From Dehalococcoidia bacterium (GTDB taxonomy: Bacteria > Chloroflexota > Dehalococcoidia > DSTF01 > JACRBR01): a stretch of 64,000 nucleotides of DNA. The notes under the pieces were generated by a model, which saw only the letters and a program-made list of their open reading frames with translations, ran no database searches and was not told where the DNA came from. Location of the stretch: NCBI GenBank assembly GCA_015478665.1, contig JADMII010000006.1:56862-120861 (forward strand), given 5' to 3'. The translations under genes were made by a program, and so were the position numbers. Of this stretch, positions 9,505-20,497 are shown piece after piece. The first letter of the stretch is position 1, and the number at the start of each line of letters is the position of its first letter.

Positions 9505-9917
9505 TGGCGGTGAACGCACGACGGAAGTCCCGGGTGGCGGCGCTCCAGGCGCTGTACGAGGGCGACGTCTCGCACCACGACCCCCGCGCGGCGCTCGCGC
9601 GGCTCTCGACCGAGGAGGATCTGACGGAGGCGCAACGGGCCTTCGCCGAGGAGCTGCTCCAGGGGGTGATCGAGAAGCGGGAGGCGATCGATGACGTCAT
9701 CCGCCAGGCGGCGCCGCAATGGCCGGTGGCGCAGATCAGCGCCATCGACAGGAACATCCTGCGTCTTGCGATACGGGAGATCCTGATGAATAATGGGGCG
9801 CCCATTCGGGCGGCCATCAACGAAGCCGTTGAGCTCGCCAAGATCTACGGGAGCGACAATTCGGCGAAGTTCGTCAACGGCGTGCTCGGATCCGTCAGCC
9901 TGTCACTTGCTGGCTAA
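9504..9917 (+). CDS. nusB: Transcription antitermination factor NusB
   Basis: ATG 9504 overlaps the fabG TGA stop. The product reads 'ARRKSRVAALQALYEGD...DRNILRLAIREIL...AINEAVELAKIYG...FVNGVLG'. Confidence 0.85.
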   Translation: MAVNARRKSRVAALQALYEGDVSHHDPRAALARLSTEEDLTEAQRAFAEELLQGVIEKREAIDDVIRQAAPQWPVAQISAIDRNILRLAIREILMNNGAPIRAAINEAVELAKIYGSDNSAKFVNGVLGSVSLSLAG

Positions 9918-9965
9918 CGCGTGCGTACTCACCCCGCCCGGTTGCGGAGAAGAGGGAGCTTACCA

Positions 9966-10226
9966 GTGGCAACGGTGTTCGAACGGGTGCGAAAGATCAT
10001 CGTCGACCAGCTCGGCGTTGAAGAGGATCAGGTGGTGCCGAGCGCGTCGTTCGTCGACGATCTGAACGCAGACTCACTCGACCTCGTCGAGTTGATCATG
10101 TCGATGGAAGAAGAGTTCTCCAAGGACGGCAAGACGCTCGAGATCTCCGACGAAGATGCGGAGAAGATCGCCACCGTACAGGATGCCGTGGACTACCTGA
10201 AGGACCTCGGCGTCGAGGACGAGTAG
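9966..10226 (+). CDS. acpP: Acyl carrier protein
   Basis: GTG 9966 follows 'GAGAAGAGGGAG'. The phosphopantetheine attachment site '[20 protein letters not shown]' is present. Confidence 0.9.
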   Translation: MATVFERVRKIIVDQLGVEEDQVVPSASFVDDLNADSLDLVELIMSMEEEFSKDGKTLEISDEDAEKIATVQDAVDYLKDLGVEDE

Positions 10227-10251
10227 GCGGCGACCCAGGGACGAGATTCGA

Positions 10252-10275
10252 ACACCCGCCGTGGCGGGTGTTTTG
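10252..10275 (+). terminator. Rho-independent terminator after acpP
   Basis: The GC-rich inverted repeat ACACCCGCC/GGCGGGTGT is followed by TTTT, 25 nt after the acpP stop. Confidence 0.6.
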
Positions 10276-10433
10276 CTGCCAGGCGCGAGCCCCGGCACCC
10301 GCCGGGCATCGGCGGCGCCCTGAGCCGCGTCGCTCCAACGCGGCTCCAACGCGCAGGATCTATCGTCGATCCGGCGCCTCGCCCGGACGGAGCTTTGGGA
10401 TCCGGCGCTGCAACGTCGTACAATTCGATCGTT

Positions 10434-10982
10434 ATGAACTTCTTCGGCGTCGGCCCACTGGAGCTGATCGTCATCCTCGTGGTCGCGCTGGTGTTCGTGG
10501 GACCCGAGCGACTGCCGCGGCTGGCGGCGGACATCGCCCGCACGATCCGCGAGATCCGGAAGTACACGGGCAGCATCGCCGCGGAGTTCGGCGAGGTGCT
10601 GCAGGAGTTCGAGCGGGACACGGCCGAAGACCGGAGCCAGTGGAAGGAGATCGGCCAGGGCCTGACCGACGCTACCAAGTCGGTGAGCGACGCCCTCCGC
10701 GAAGCGCACGCGGCGGCGGCGGCGCCGGCCAGCGCCGCCACGCGCATGACGCCGGCGACGAACGGCGCCAACGGCAGCGCGCCGGCGGCTCCCACCGACG
10801 CACCGCGCACCGGCATCGGCGTCGGCGAGGCCATCGTCGCGCCAACGAGCGCCGGGAACGTGGCGCCGAACGGGCCCGCTTCGGCGCCCGCGCCGCTGAC
10901 CGCGGCGGAGGCCAGCGATCCGACGACGGTGACAGATCACCCACCACACACCGTTAGTGAGCCCGCGAACGAGGCCCCATGA
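10434..10982 (+). CDS. tatB: Twin-arginine translocase subunit, TatB-like, with a long Ala/Pro-rich tail
   Basis: The N-terminus is 'MNFFGVGPLELIVILVVALVFVGPERLPRLAADIARTIREIRK'. The stop overlaps the tatC start (ATGA). Confidence 0.75.
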   Translation: MNFFGVGPLELIVILVVALVFVGPERLPRLAADIARTIREIRKYTGSIAAEFGEVLQEFERDTAEDRSQWKEIGQGLTDATKSVSDALREAHAAAAAPASAATRMTPATNGANGSAPAAPTDAPRTGIGVGEAIVAPTSAGNVAPNGPASAPAPLTAAEASDPTTVTDHPPHTVSEPANEAP

Positions 10983-11752
10983 CCGCGACGGCGCCGCCGA
11001 TCGAGCAGGCCGACGACGGCAAGGTCCTGACGATCATCGAGCATCTGCAGGAGCTGCGGACGCGCGTCATGTGGAGCGCGATCGCGCTGATCATCGGCGT
11101 GCTGGTGAGCATCTGGCCGCTGACGAAGTACGTCATCCACTTCCTCATCATCCCGGCCCGGCAGCAGTTGCCGGGCTTCAAGCTGAACCAGTTCCAGCTG
11201 CTCGATTACTGGAGCACCTACTTTCGCGTATCGCTGCTGCTCGGCATCGCGCTGGCGATGCCCGTGATCATGTACGAGATCCTGGCGTTCGTCGCGCCCG
11301 GCCTGACGAAGAGCGAGCGAAAGTGGCTCTACCCCATCGTCGGCGGGGCGTCACTGATGTTCGTACTGGGCATGGCCTTCGGCTATTACGTCGAGTTGCC
11401 GCCCGCGTTGCGCTTCCTGCTCAAGCCGAACACGACCGACGTGCAGGCGACGATCGGCGTGCAGACGTACATCGACACCGTGACGCGGTTGCTGCTGGTA
11501 ACGGGCCTGGTCTTCGAGATGCCGTTCGTGATCATGGGGCTGGCGAAGATCGGCGTCGTGTCGTCGCGGCGCCTCTGGGCCTGGAAGCGGTACGCGGTCC
11601 TGTTGGCGTTCGTCGTCGCGGCCATCGTCACACCGTCGATCGATCCGATCACCCAGACCGTGGTGGCGTTGCCGATCCTCGTGCTGTACGTGCTGGGCAT
11701 CTTCCTCGCGAAGCTGGTCGAGGGGAAGAGCTTCCTCGCGTCGCGGGCCTGA
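10979..11752 (+). CDS. tatC: Twin-arginine translocase subunit TatC
   Basis: 257 aa with about 6 TM segments and the N-terminal 'IIEHLQELRTRV' helix typical of TatC. Confidence 0.9.
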   Translation: MTATAPPIEQADDGKVLTIIEHLQELRTRVMWSAIALIIGVLVSIWPLTKYVIHFLIIPARQQLPGFKLNQFQLLDYWSTYFRVSLLLGIALAMPVIMYEILAFVAPGLTKSERKWLYPIVGGASLMFVLGMAFGYYVELPPALRFLLKPNTTDVQATIGVQTYIDTVTRLLLVTGLVFEMPFVIMGLAKIGVVSSRRLWAWKRYAVLLAFVVAAIVTPSIDPITQTVVALPILVLYVLGIFLAKLVEGKSFLASRA

Positions 11753-11976
11753 CCGCGGACTGAGCCCCGCCACGCGCCAGTCCTCAGGCTAACCACAGCG
11801 CCAAGACGACGCCCGCCAGCAGGGGCTTCCCCCGATCCTGTCAAGTTCGATTTCAGACGACACTCTGGAAAGCCGGCGCTTCTGGTCCCTGGTGGGCCGG
11901 GGTGTATGGAATTGATCTGGCGGATCGGTTACAACGGCGTCACACCCCTGCCGCCAGCCTGATAGGTTGACGTAAT

Positions 11977-13023
11977 TTGCCCTTCTTCGCTTCCGCCCTC
12001 GTGGCATCGGTGACGATCGTCGCCGCCCTGCTCCCGCCGCTCCATGTGCCCGGTGTGCCCGACGCTCCTCACGCCTCGCTCTACCCGGCGCCGCCGGGGT
12101 ACCTGCTGCCGTGGACGGGCGGCGAGATCCACGGCGTGACCCAGGGCGAGGACACCAGCTTCACGCATAACGGCGCGGCGGCCTACGCGTTCGACTTCGA
12201 CCTCAACTACGAGACCGTGGTCGCCGCCCGTTCGGGAAAAGTGACGATGGTGAAGGCCGACTCGAACAGCGGCGGGTGCAATTCGAGCTACTCGTCGCAG
12301 ACGAACTACGTCGTGATCGACCACGGCGACGGCACCTCGGCGGCGTATATGCACCTCGCCTATCGCGGCGTGCTGGTGAAGCCCGGTGACCTCGTCGAGC
12401 AGGGGCAGCCGATCGCCGTTTCCGGCGAGACCGGCGTCACCTGCTCGGCCGATGGGACAGGACCGGGCCCGCATCTGCACCTCCAGGTCGAGCGGACGCA
12501 GCCCGGTCAGTACTTTACGCAGTCGCTGCCGATCGCGTTCGATGACGTCTCGACGACCAACGGCGTCCCGCGCGAGGGACAGTCGTACGTCTCCGAGAAC
12601 TTCGGCGGCGGCAAGGCACAGACGGTGAAGCTGACGCCGCGTCGCGTGCCGCGTGTCTTCAATCCCGTCGCCAGACCGAAATATCCGATGCTACAGGAAG
12701 CGCCGCCACCACCGCCGCCGACGACTGCCACGGCGTCGCCCATCGGCACGGCGCAGCCCAGCCAGACGACGACACCGACGGCGGTGCCATCGACCACGCT
12801 GACGCCGGAGGCGAGCGCGACACTGACGGCCACGAGCACGCCGGTTGCCAGCGCGACGCCCACACCGCAGGCGACGGATACACCGACGCCGGCCGCGACA
12901 TCGACCCCGACAGCGGCGACGCCTACCACCCCGCCGGACACACCGACCGCCCCGCCCGCGCCGGCGACGGCGCCCACGTCCGGGCAAGATCCATCTGGCG
13001 CGGCGACGTCTCCGCCCGCGTAG
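11977..13023 (+). CDS. M23 (LytM) family metallopeptidase with a Pro/Thr/Ala-rich C-terminal tail
   Basis: Contains 'AYAFDFD', 'VIDHGDGTSAAYMHL' and 'GPHLHLQVE' (HxxxD and HxH zinc motifs). It has a TTG start and an N-terminal hydrophobic segment. Confidence 0.8.
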   Translation: MPFFASALVASVTIVAALLPPLHVPGVPDAPHASLYPAPPGYLLPWTGGEIHGVTQGEDTSFTHNGAAAYAFDFDLNYETVVAARSGKVTMVKADSNSGGCNSSYSSQTNYVVIDHGDGTSAAYMHLAYRGVLVKPGDLVEQGQPIAVSGETGVTCSADGTGPGPHLHLQVERTQPGQYFTQSLPIAFDDVSTTNGVPREGQSYVSENFGGGKAQTVKLTPRRVPRVFNPVARPKYPMLQEAPPPPPPTTATASPIGTAQPSQTTTPTAVPSTTLTPEASATLTATSTPVASATPTPQATDTPTPAATSTPTAATPTTPPDTPTAPPAPATAPTSGQDPSGAATSPPA

Positions 13024-13156
13024 CAGCAGGGCGCCCGTCGGCGCAGACGGTGGTCCTTCGTCCAGCCGCCGCTGATCAGCTACGCCGGCACACTCCTACG
13101 CGCTGTGTGAAGATGTTGATCGCAGACAGCAGGCCGCACGCAGAGGAGTGACCGGC

Positions 13157-14530
13157 ATGGCGTTCGGATCGGACGCGACGATCGCGAGCGACGATCGCCC
13201 GCATCCCGCGCCGCCGCTGCCGGGGCTGCTGCGGCTGGCCTGGCCGGTGATGGTCGAGCGCCTGTCGTTGTCCGTGCTCAGCGCCGTCGATGCCGCGCTC
13301 GTCGGGCGCTACGTCGGCACCGACGGACTGGCCGCGGTGGGCATCGGCGCGCTGCTGTTCTGGATCCCGCTGGCGGGCGCCCTGGCGTTCGATGTCGGCT
13401 CGACGGCGGTGGTGGCGCGGGACGTCGGCGCTGGCGACCACGCGCGTGTCCGGCTCGGTCTCCATGCCGCCGTCGTCGGCGCCGCGGTCTGGGGGATGAT
13501 CTGCACGATCGTCATCTTCGCGCTCGCGCCGTGGCTGATGCGCCTGATGGGCGCCAGCCCTGCTGTCGAGTCGCTCGGCGTGCGCTACCTGCGCGCGGGA
13601 TCCTTCGGCTTTCCGCCGCTGATGATGCTCTATGCGGTCAACGGCTCGCTGCGCGGCATGGGGAATACGTGGCTCCCGATGCTGATCCTCATCGTCGTCA
13701 ACGCCGTCAACGCGCTGGTGGCCTTCACGTTGATCAGCGGCTATCCCCTCGCGCTCGGCGTACGGGCATCGGGGATCGGCTACGCAGCGGCGGGCGCTAC
13801 CGGCGGCGCGCTGGCGCTGCTGCTGGCGACGAGCAGCCTGACGCAGGTGCGGCTGGAGTGGCGGCGCCTGCTGCCGCTCGACCGCGCCTCGTTCGCTCGG
13901 CTGGCGCGCATCGGCGTCCCGGTCGGGCTCGAAGAGGCGCAGTTCATGATCGCGTTCCTTGTCTACACGCGCATCGTCGCGCATCTCGGCACCGTCCCGC
14001 TGGCGGCGCACTCGATCGCGCTCCGCGCCGTCGAGATCGCGATCCTGCCGGGGTTCGCCTTCGGCACGGCGGCGACGGCGCTCGTCGGCCAGGCGCTCGG
14101 CGGCGGTGATGCCGATGCGGCGGAGGCGGTCGGCCGCCGCGCCGGCGTCTACGCGTTGGGCGCCCTGCTGGCCATGGCTTCACTGCAGTTCGCGCTGGCG
14201 CCGCAGATCGTGCGCGTGTTCGATGCCGACCCGCGCGTCGTCGTCATCGGCGCGCGTCTGCTGCGCGTGTTCGCGTTGGCGATGCCGGCGATGGGGCTGC
14301 AGGCGGCGGTCTCGGGCGCGCTCCGAGGAGCCGGCGACGTGCGCTACGTGCTGCGCACGACGACGTTCACGGCCTGGTGCGTGCGCGTGCCGACGGCGGC
14401 CGTGTTCGTGCTGGCGCTGGGCTTCGCGGCGCCGTTCGCCTGGCTCGGCGCCGTGTTCGAGAACTGGGCGCGCGCGGCCCTGATCCTACGGCGATTCTTC
14501 GTCGGGCGCTGGAAGACGCTGCGGGTGTGA
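13157..14530 (+). CDS. MATE family efflux transporter
   Basis: About 457 aa with 12 predicted TM segments and an internal two-fold repeat. ATG 13157 lies 8 nt after GAGGAG; the tracked start 13148 is GTG. Confidence 0.85.
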   Translation: MAFGSDATIASDDRPHPAPPLPGLLRLAWPVMVERLSLSVLSAVDAALVGRYVGTDGLAAVGIGALLFWIPLAGALAFDVGSTAVVARDVGAGDHARVRLGLHAAVVGAAVWGMICTIVIFALAPWLMRLMGASPAVESLGVRYLRAGSFGFPPLMMLYAVNGSLRGMGNTWLPMLILIVVNAVNALVAFTLISGYPLALGVRASGIGYAAAGATGGALALLLATSSLTQVRLEWRRLLPLDRASFARLARIGVPVGLEEAQFMIAFLVYTRIVAHLGTVPLAAHSIALRAVEIAILPGFAFGTAATALVGQALGGGDADAAEAVGRRAGVYALGALLAMASLQFALAPQIVRVFDADPRVVVIGARLLRVFALAMPAMGLQAAVSGALRGAGDVRYVLRTTTFTAWCVRVPTAAVFVLALGFAAPFAWLGAVFENWARAALILRRFFVGRWKTLRV

Positions 14531-14588
14531 CATCGCTCGACACGCGTGACGGCGCCTGTCTGGCGCGGCGATCCGCTACCCTGCGGCG

Positions 14589-15323
14589 ATGAAGAAGGTC
14601 GAGCTGGTGATCCCGTGCTACAACGAGCAGCGCGTGCTCGCCGAAAGCGTCGGGCGGCTGCGGGCATGGTGCGCGGAGGCCTTGCCGTACGCATGGCGCA
14701 TCGTCATCGCCGACAACGCCTCGACGGATGACACGCTGGCGGTGGCCGAGCAACTCGCAGCCGCCGATCCCGATGGCGTCGGTGTCATCCACCTCGACCG
14801 GAAGGGGCGCGGCCGGGCGCTGAAGCGTGCCTGGCTGGCGAGCGCGGCCGACGCGATGTGCTACATGGATGTGGACCTTTCGACGGGGCTGCCGGAGATC
14901 CTGCCGCTGCTCTCCGGGGTCGTCGATGAGGGGTACGACCTGGCGTACGGCTCACGCGTCGCCGGCGCGGCGGAAATCGAGCGGTCGTTCAGGCGCGAAG
15001 TCAACTCGCGCGGATACATCGCCATGATCAAGCTCCTGTTTTGGACGAAGTTCTCCGACGCGCAGTGCGGCTTCAAGGCGATCACGCGCCAGGCGGCGCA
15101 CGAACTGCTGCCGCACATCGAAGACGGCGCCTGGTTCTTCGATACCGAGCTGCTGATCACGGCGGAGAAGGCCGGCTACCGGCTGAAGGAAGTGCCCGTG
15201 CGCTGGGTCGAGGATCCCGATTCACGCGTGAAGTTTCCGCAGGACATGATCACGATGGGCAGCGGGCTGCTGAAGCTGCGCGCGCGCAAGCTGCCGTCGA
15301 AGGCGCAGCTCCGGGCGCGGTGA
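14589..15323 (+). CDS. Family 2 glycosyltransferase (polyprenyl-phosphate glycosyltransferase/DPM1-like)
   Basis: Contains 'VELVIPCYNE', 'IVIADNASTDDT' and 'YMDVDLS' (a DxD-type motif). Confidence 0.85.
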   Translation: MKKVELVIPCYNEQRVLAESVGRLRAWCAEALPYAWRIVIADNASTDDTLAVAEQLAAADPDGVGVIHLDRKGRGRALKRAWLASAADAMCYMDVDLSTGLPEILPLLSGVVDEGYDLAYGSRVAGAAEIERSFRREVNSRGYIAMIKLLFWTKFSDAQCGFKAITRQAAHELLPHIEDGAWFFDTELLITAEKAGYRLKEVPVRWVEDPDSRVKFPQDMITMGSGLLKLRARKLPSKAQLRAR

Positions 15324-15694
15324 TCGGCGGAGTGCCTGGGCGGGGATGGCTGACAGCAGGCAACCCGACGCCGCAGACGGCAGCTGCCATCGGCCTCCCT
15401 CGGTCGGCCGGCCGCGGGAGATCGCCGTGCTCCGCGGCTCGATCGGTCGAGATGCGCGCGAGGGTCGCCTGCGGGATGAGCCGGTGACGCGGTCACGCCG
15501 CGTGCGCCGGCGAGGACAAGGTCGCACCGCAGCTCCCCGCCGTCCGACTCCACACCTTCATCTGCCGAGCCTGCGCGGCCTCGAGCGCCGTGCGCCGGCA
15601 GTGAAGCGTCCTGAGCGAACCGGTGGGGGAGCCGCGGGTGCGCGTCCGCCCTCAATCTTCACCCTTCCAGCGACGGGAAACGTTGCGGCGAGCC

Positions 15695-16054
15695 TCAGAC
15701 CTCGACGTAGACGTCGTCAGCTTCGACGCGCGTCGGGTAGCGGCGGACGCCGCGCTTGAGAAAGCCGGGGAAGCTGGCGTCCATCAGCAGCTTGTACCAC
15801 GTCGGATGCGTCACCCAGGTACAGATGCCGCCGTCCGTGACGTCGAAGCGGGCGCCATGGTTCTTGCACTCGATCACGGTGCCGTCGAGCCTGCCATCGT
15901 GCAGGCGGCCGCGGAGGTGCGGGCAGACGTCGCCGACGGCGTAGGCGTCGCCGTCGATGTTGGCGACGCAGATCTCCTTGCCACGCGCCTTCACCCCCTT
16001 GAGGCCGCCCTCGGGGATCTCCGACAACCTGCAGACGCGTACGAATTCCGGCAC
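15695..16054 (-). CDS. Rieske [2Fe-2S] domain protein (NirD/ferredoxin-like)
   Basis: GTG 16054 follows AGGAGG. The cluster ligands are 'CPHLRGRL' and 'CKNHGARF'. Confidence 0.8.
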   Translation of the reverse strand: MPEFVRVCRLSEIPEGGLKGVKARGKEICVANIDGDAYAVGDVCPHLRGRLHDGRLDGTVIECKNHGARFDVTDGGICTWVTHPTWYKLLMDASFPGFLKRGVRRYPTRVEADDVYVEV

Positions 16055-16468
16055 CTCGATCCTCCTGTGACGGCCGCGATTGTATCCAACGCCGCTCGCA
16101 AGCGCCATGTCGAATCGTGCGTCGCGACGGTCGCAGCTCACACGTCCGCTCGGCTGCGGCAGAGCCATCGCCACTGCTGCCGGGTGTGCACGAGGCGCCT
16201 CAAGGCGACGCGCGGAGTGTGCTTGCGGAGCTTCGGCTGTCGCGACGTACTGCAGAGAACCCGCGAGCCGGCTCCGACGGGCGTCGGCTCGCATGCCGGT
16301 GCCGACACCGAAGTACGGGACCTACAGCCCGATCCGCATCGTGGACCTCCTCATCGGCAGCACCTGACACCACACGCGGTCACTCGGAGCGCCGAGGTAC
16401 GACAGCGGCCGAATTCGCTCGCGCATGCCCGCCACTTCCCCGAGCAGCGGGCATGCGCGCGTCCGGCA

Positions 16469-17167
16469 TCAGCCGCGGATCGCCCTGAGCACGCGCTCGA
16501 CGTCGCCGAGGTCCGCGGCCGCATCGTCGGCGCCCGCCGCGCGCAGCTCGTCGACGCTGTGGCGGCCGGTGGCGACCGCCAGCGCGCAGGCGCCGTTGGC
16601 ATGCGCCGCCCGCACGTCGTGCGGGGTGTCGCCGATGACGACGACGCGGCGCGGCCGGCCGTCGCCGTCGCGCAGCCGCTCGATGCCGCAGGCGAGGACG
16701 CGCGCCCGGTCCTCCGAGTCCTCGCCGAAGCCGCCGGCCATGTTCGGGAAGTAGCGGTCAATGCCGAAGTGCCGGAGCTTCATCGCGCCGCCCGGCCGGA
16801 AGTTGCCCGTCCCCAGGCCCTGCACGACGTCGTCGCAGGCGTGCAGCTTCTCCAGCAGGCGATCGATCCCGGGCATCAGCCGCCCGCCGGTCACCTCCGT
16901 CAGCGTCTCTTCGAGGTGCGGCAGGTAGACCGCGAGGAAGCGCGCGATCTCCGACGGGATGCGCTCCTCGGCGATGCCGTGCGCGCGCGCCGCGTCGCTG
17001 AAGATCGCCGTATCGGTGCGGCCGGAGAACTCGATGCGCCGGAAGGCGTCGTCGATGCCGTAGAGGTGGCGAAAGGCGCGCGCCATCGCCAGGCTGCCGG
17101 CCCCGCCGGTGTAGAGCAGCGTGTTATCGATATCCCAGAGGACGATCGTCGGTGCGGCCTGCGTCAT
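16469..17167 (-). CDS. HAD superfamily hydrolase (phosphoglycolate phosphatase-like)
   Basis: Contains motif I 'VLWDIDNTLL' and motif IV 'VVIGDTPHD'. Confidence 0.8.
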   Translation of the reverse strand: MTQAAPTIVLWDIDNTLLYTGGAGSLAMARAFRHLYGIDDAFRRIEFSGRTDTAIFSDAARAHGIAEERIPSEIARFLAVYLPHLEETLTEVTGGRLMPGIDRLLEKLHACDDVVQGLGTGNFRPGGAMKLRHFGIDRYFPNMAGGFGEDSEDRARVLACGIERLRDGDGRPRRVVVIGDTPHDVRAAHANGACALAVATGRHSVDELRAAGADDAAADLGDVERVLRAIRG

Positions 17168-17572
17168 GTGTCATGCGCTCCCGATTCGCGGACGGTGTGG
17201 CGTGCGATGCTGTGCAGCGTCAGCGGATGGTGCTGCGTTCGGGGGTCCTTCGCCTCGCCGGAATGACAGCCCGCCCGGACGAGCCGCCGCCTCTGGCATG
17301 ATGCGCAGCTCTGTCTTCCTGAAGCGCCAGCGAGGAACCTGGTGGCACACCGACGCCGTCCGGCCGTCTCCGCCGGGCCGAAGGCGCGCGCGTCCCGCTC
17401 GCCTCGCGGGATGACCACCGGGCGGTCCGTCTCGCTGCCGTGGTGAGCCAGAGAGATTCTTCGTTTCGCGCAAGAATAACAGGCGCCGCGGCCCGCGGTA
17501 TGGCTGCCGGCGTCAGCGAGCCGGACACGATCAGCATGACGGCCGGCGGGCGCCGCAGCGCGCGTCGCCTGG

Positions 17573-17911
17573 TCACTCGACCGGCTCGCCGGCCTTCCGC
17601 CAGGCGTCGGTGCCGCCGTCAAGGCTGTACAGTCGGTCGGCCGGCAGCCCCGCCGCGGCGGCCATCTCTGCCGCCAGCGCGCTTCGCTGCCCGACGGCGC
17701 AGACGAAGATCAGCCTCTTGTCCCTGGGCAGCTCGTCGCGCCGTGCGAAGACGCTGTTCACCGGGATCAGCGTCGCCGAGGGGATGTGCCCGCTCTGGTA
17801 CTCGTGCGGCTCTCGCACGTCGATGACGGCGACGTCGTCGCCGGCGAGCATCTCCTTCGCCTCGGCGACGTCCACCCGGTAGAACGGCTCACGTTCGTCC
17901 TTCTTCGGCAT
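17573..17911 (-). CDS. Single-domain rhodanese sulfurtransferase
   Basis: ATG 17911 follows AGGAGG. Contains 'DVREPHEYQSGHIP' and the active-site loop 'FVCAVGQRS'. Confidence 0.8.
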   Translation of the reverse strand: MPKKDEREPFYRVDVAEAKEMLAGDDVAVIDVREPHEYQSGHIPSATLIPVNSVFARRDELPRDKRLIFVCAVGQRSALAAEMAAAAGLPADRLYSLDGGTDAWRKAGEPVE

Positions 17912-18161
17912 CGGTAGCCCTTCCTCCTGCCTGCGCACCGCACCCAACATGGATGCCACTTCAGTCTAACAGCGCTCTCGCATGGAGCAGCAGGGCGCGG
18001 ACGACGCGACGCGCCAGGCATCGCGGCCTCGCGCGAAGCTGGACGTCTTCGAGGTTCGAGGTCCGACCGGTTGACCCCAACGCCGGACTGCGACCAGAAT
18101 GCGCGGCGTGCGATGCGAGCCCGACGGCACCGGCGCTCGTGGCGAGAATTGAGGTGCAGCG

Positions 18162-19904
<1,743 letters not shown>

Positions 19905-20210
19905 CGCCGCGTGGCCCGGCGCGTCAGCGAACCGGGAACGGGCCTCGGCGAAGATGCCTCTCCGCCGAGACTTCGTACGAAGCCGATCGCAGGAAGAGCC
20001 GCGCCGCTTCCAGTGCCGACCGGACGGGCGGCGAGAACGGCGGCACGGGGACGATCGGCGCGCTCATCGCGGCGCGGCGGAGCAACGAGGCTGCGACACC
20101 CGCCCGTATCTCCTTCCGCAGGAACGGCCGTCGCTGCACGCTGATGGCGTAGGCTACACTGCCGGCGCGTGGCAGCGATGGCCGCCGCGCCAGCAACCGT
20201 CCTTGGACGC

Positions 20211-20287
<77 letters not shown>

Positions 20288-20497
20288 CCTCCCGCCCGTC
20301 CGCTATACTGTCATGGCCCCCGATCCCATCGGCACTGGTGGAGACGGAGCGGGCGCATCGGCACGATGCGCGGCTGCGGCGGGCGGCCGCGTGCGCCGCC
20401 GGCTGGCGTACGTCGAGCGCCCTGGTTCGCCTTGAATTCGGGGCATGCCGGGTGCGGTGCGGGCGCGGAGACGACGACAACCGACGCAAGGAGTCCC

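Noticed and set aside
15623-17266. Very long ORFs antisense to or overlapping the called genes. Examples are 1007..1912, 5111..6787, 8305..9519, 15623..17266, 17961..19622, 37020..38912, 40609..43056, 41865..43715, 56432..58396 and 60058..61815.
   Set aside because: Their translations are Arg/Ala/Gly/Pro-rich with no motifs. Each lies opposite or out of frame to a gene with clear family signatures. Stop-codon scarcity at about 70% GC explains them.
17168-17572. A 405 bp gap between the rhodanese and HAD genes. It contains an AT-rich hairpin (ATTCTT-N10-AAGAAT at about 17455-17476) and strings that faintly resemble SRP RNA or cobalamin-riboswitch motifs.
   Set aside because: I could find no match to the conserved SRP domain IV (GGAAGGAAGCAGC-type) or to the B12 box (GCCACTG). 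It remains unexplained, but there is no support for an RNA call.
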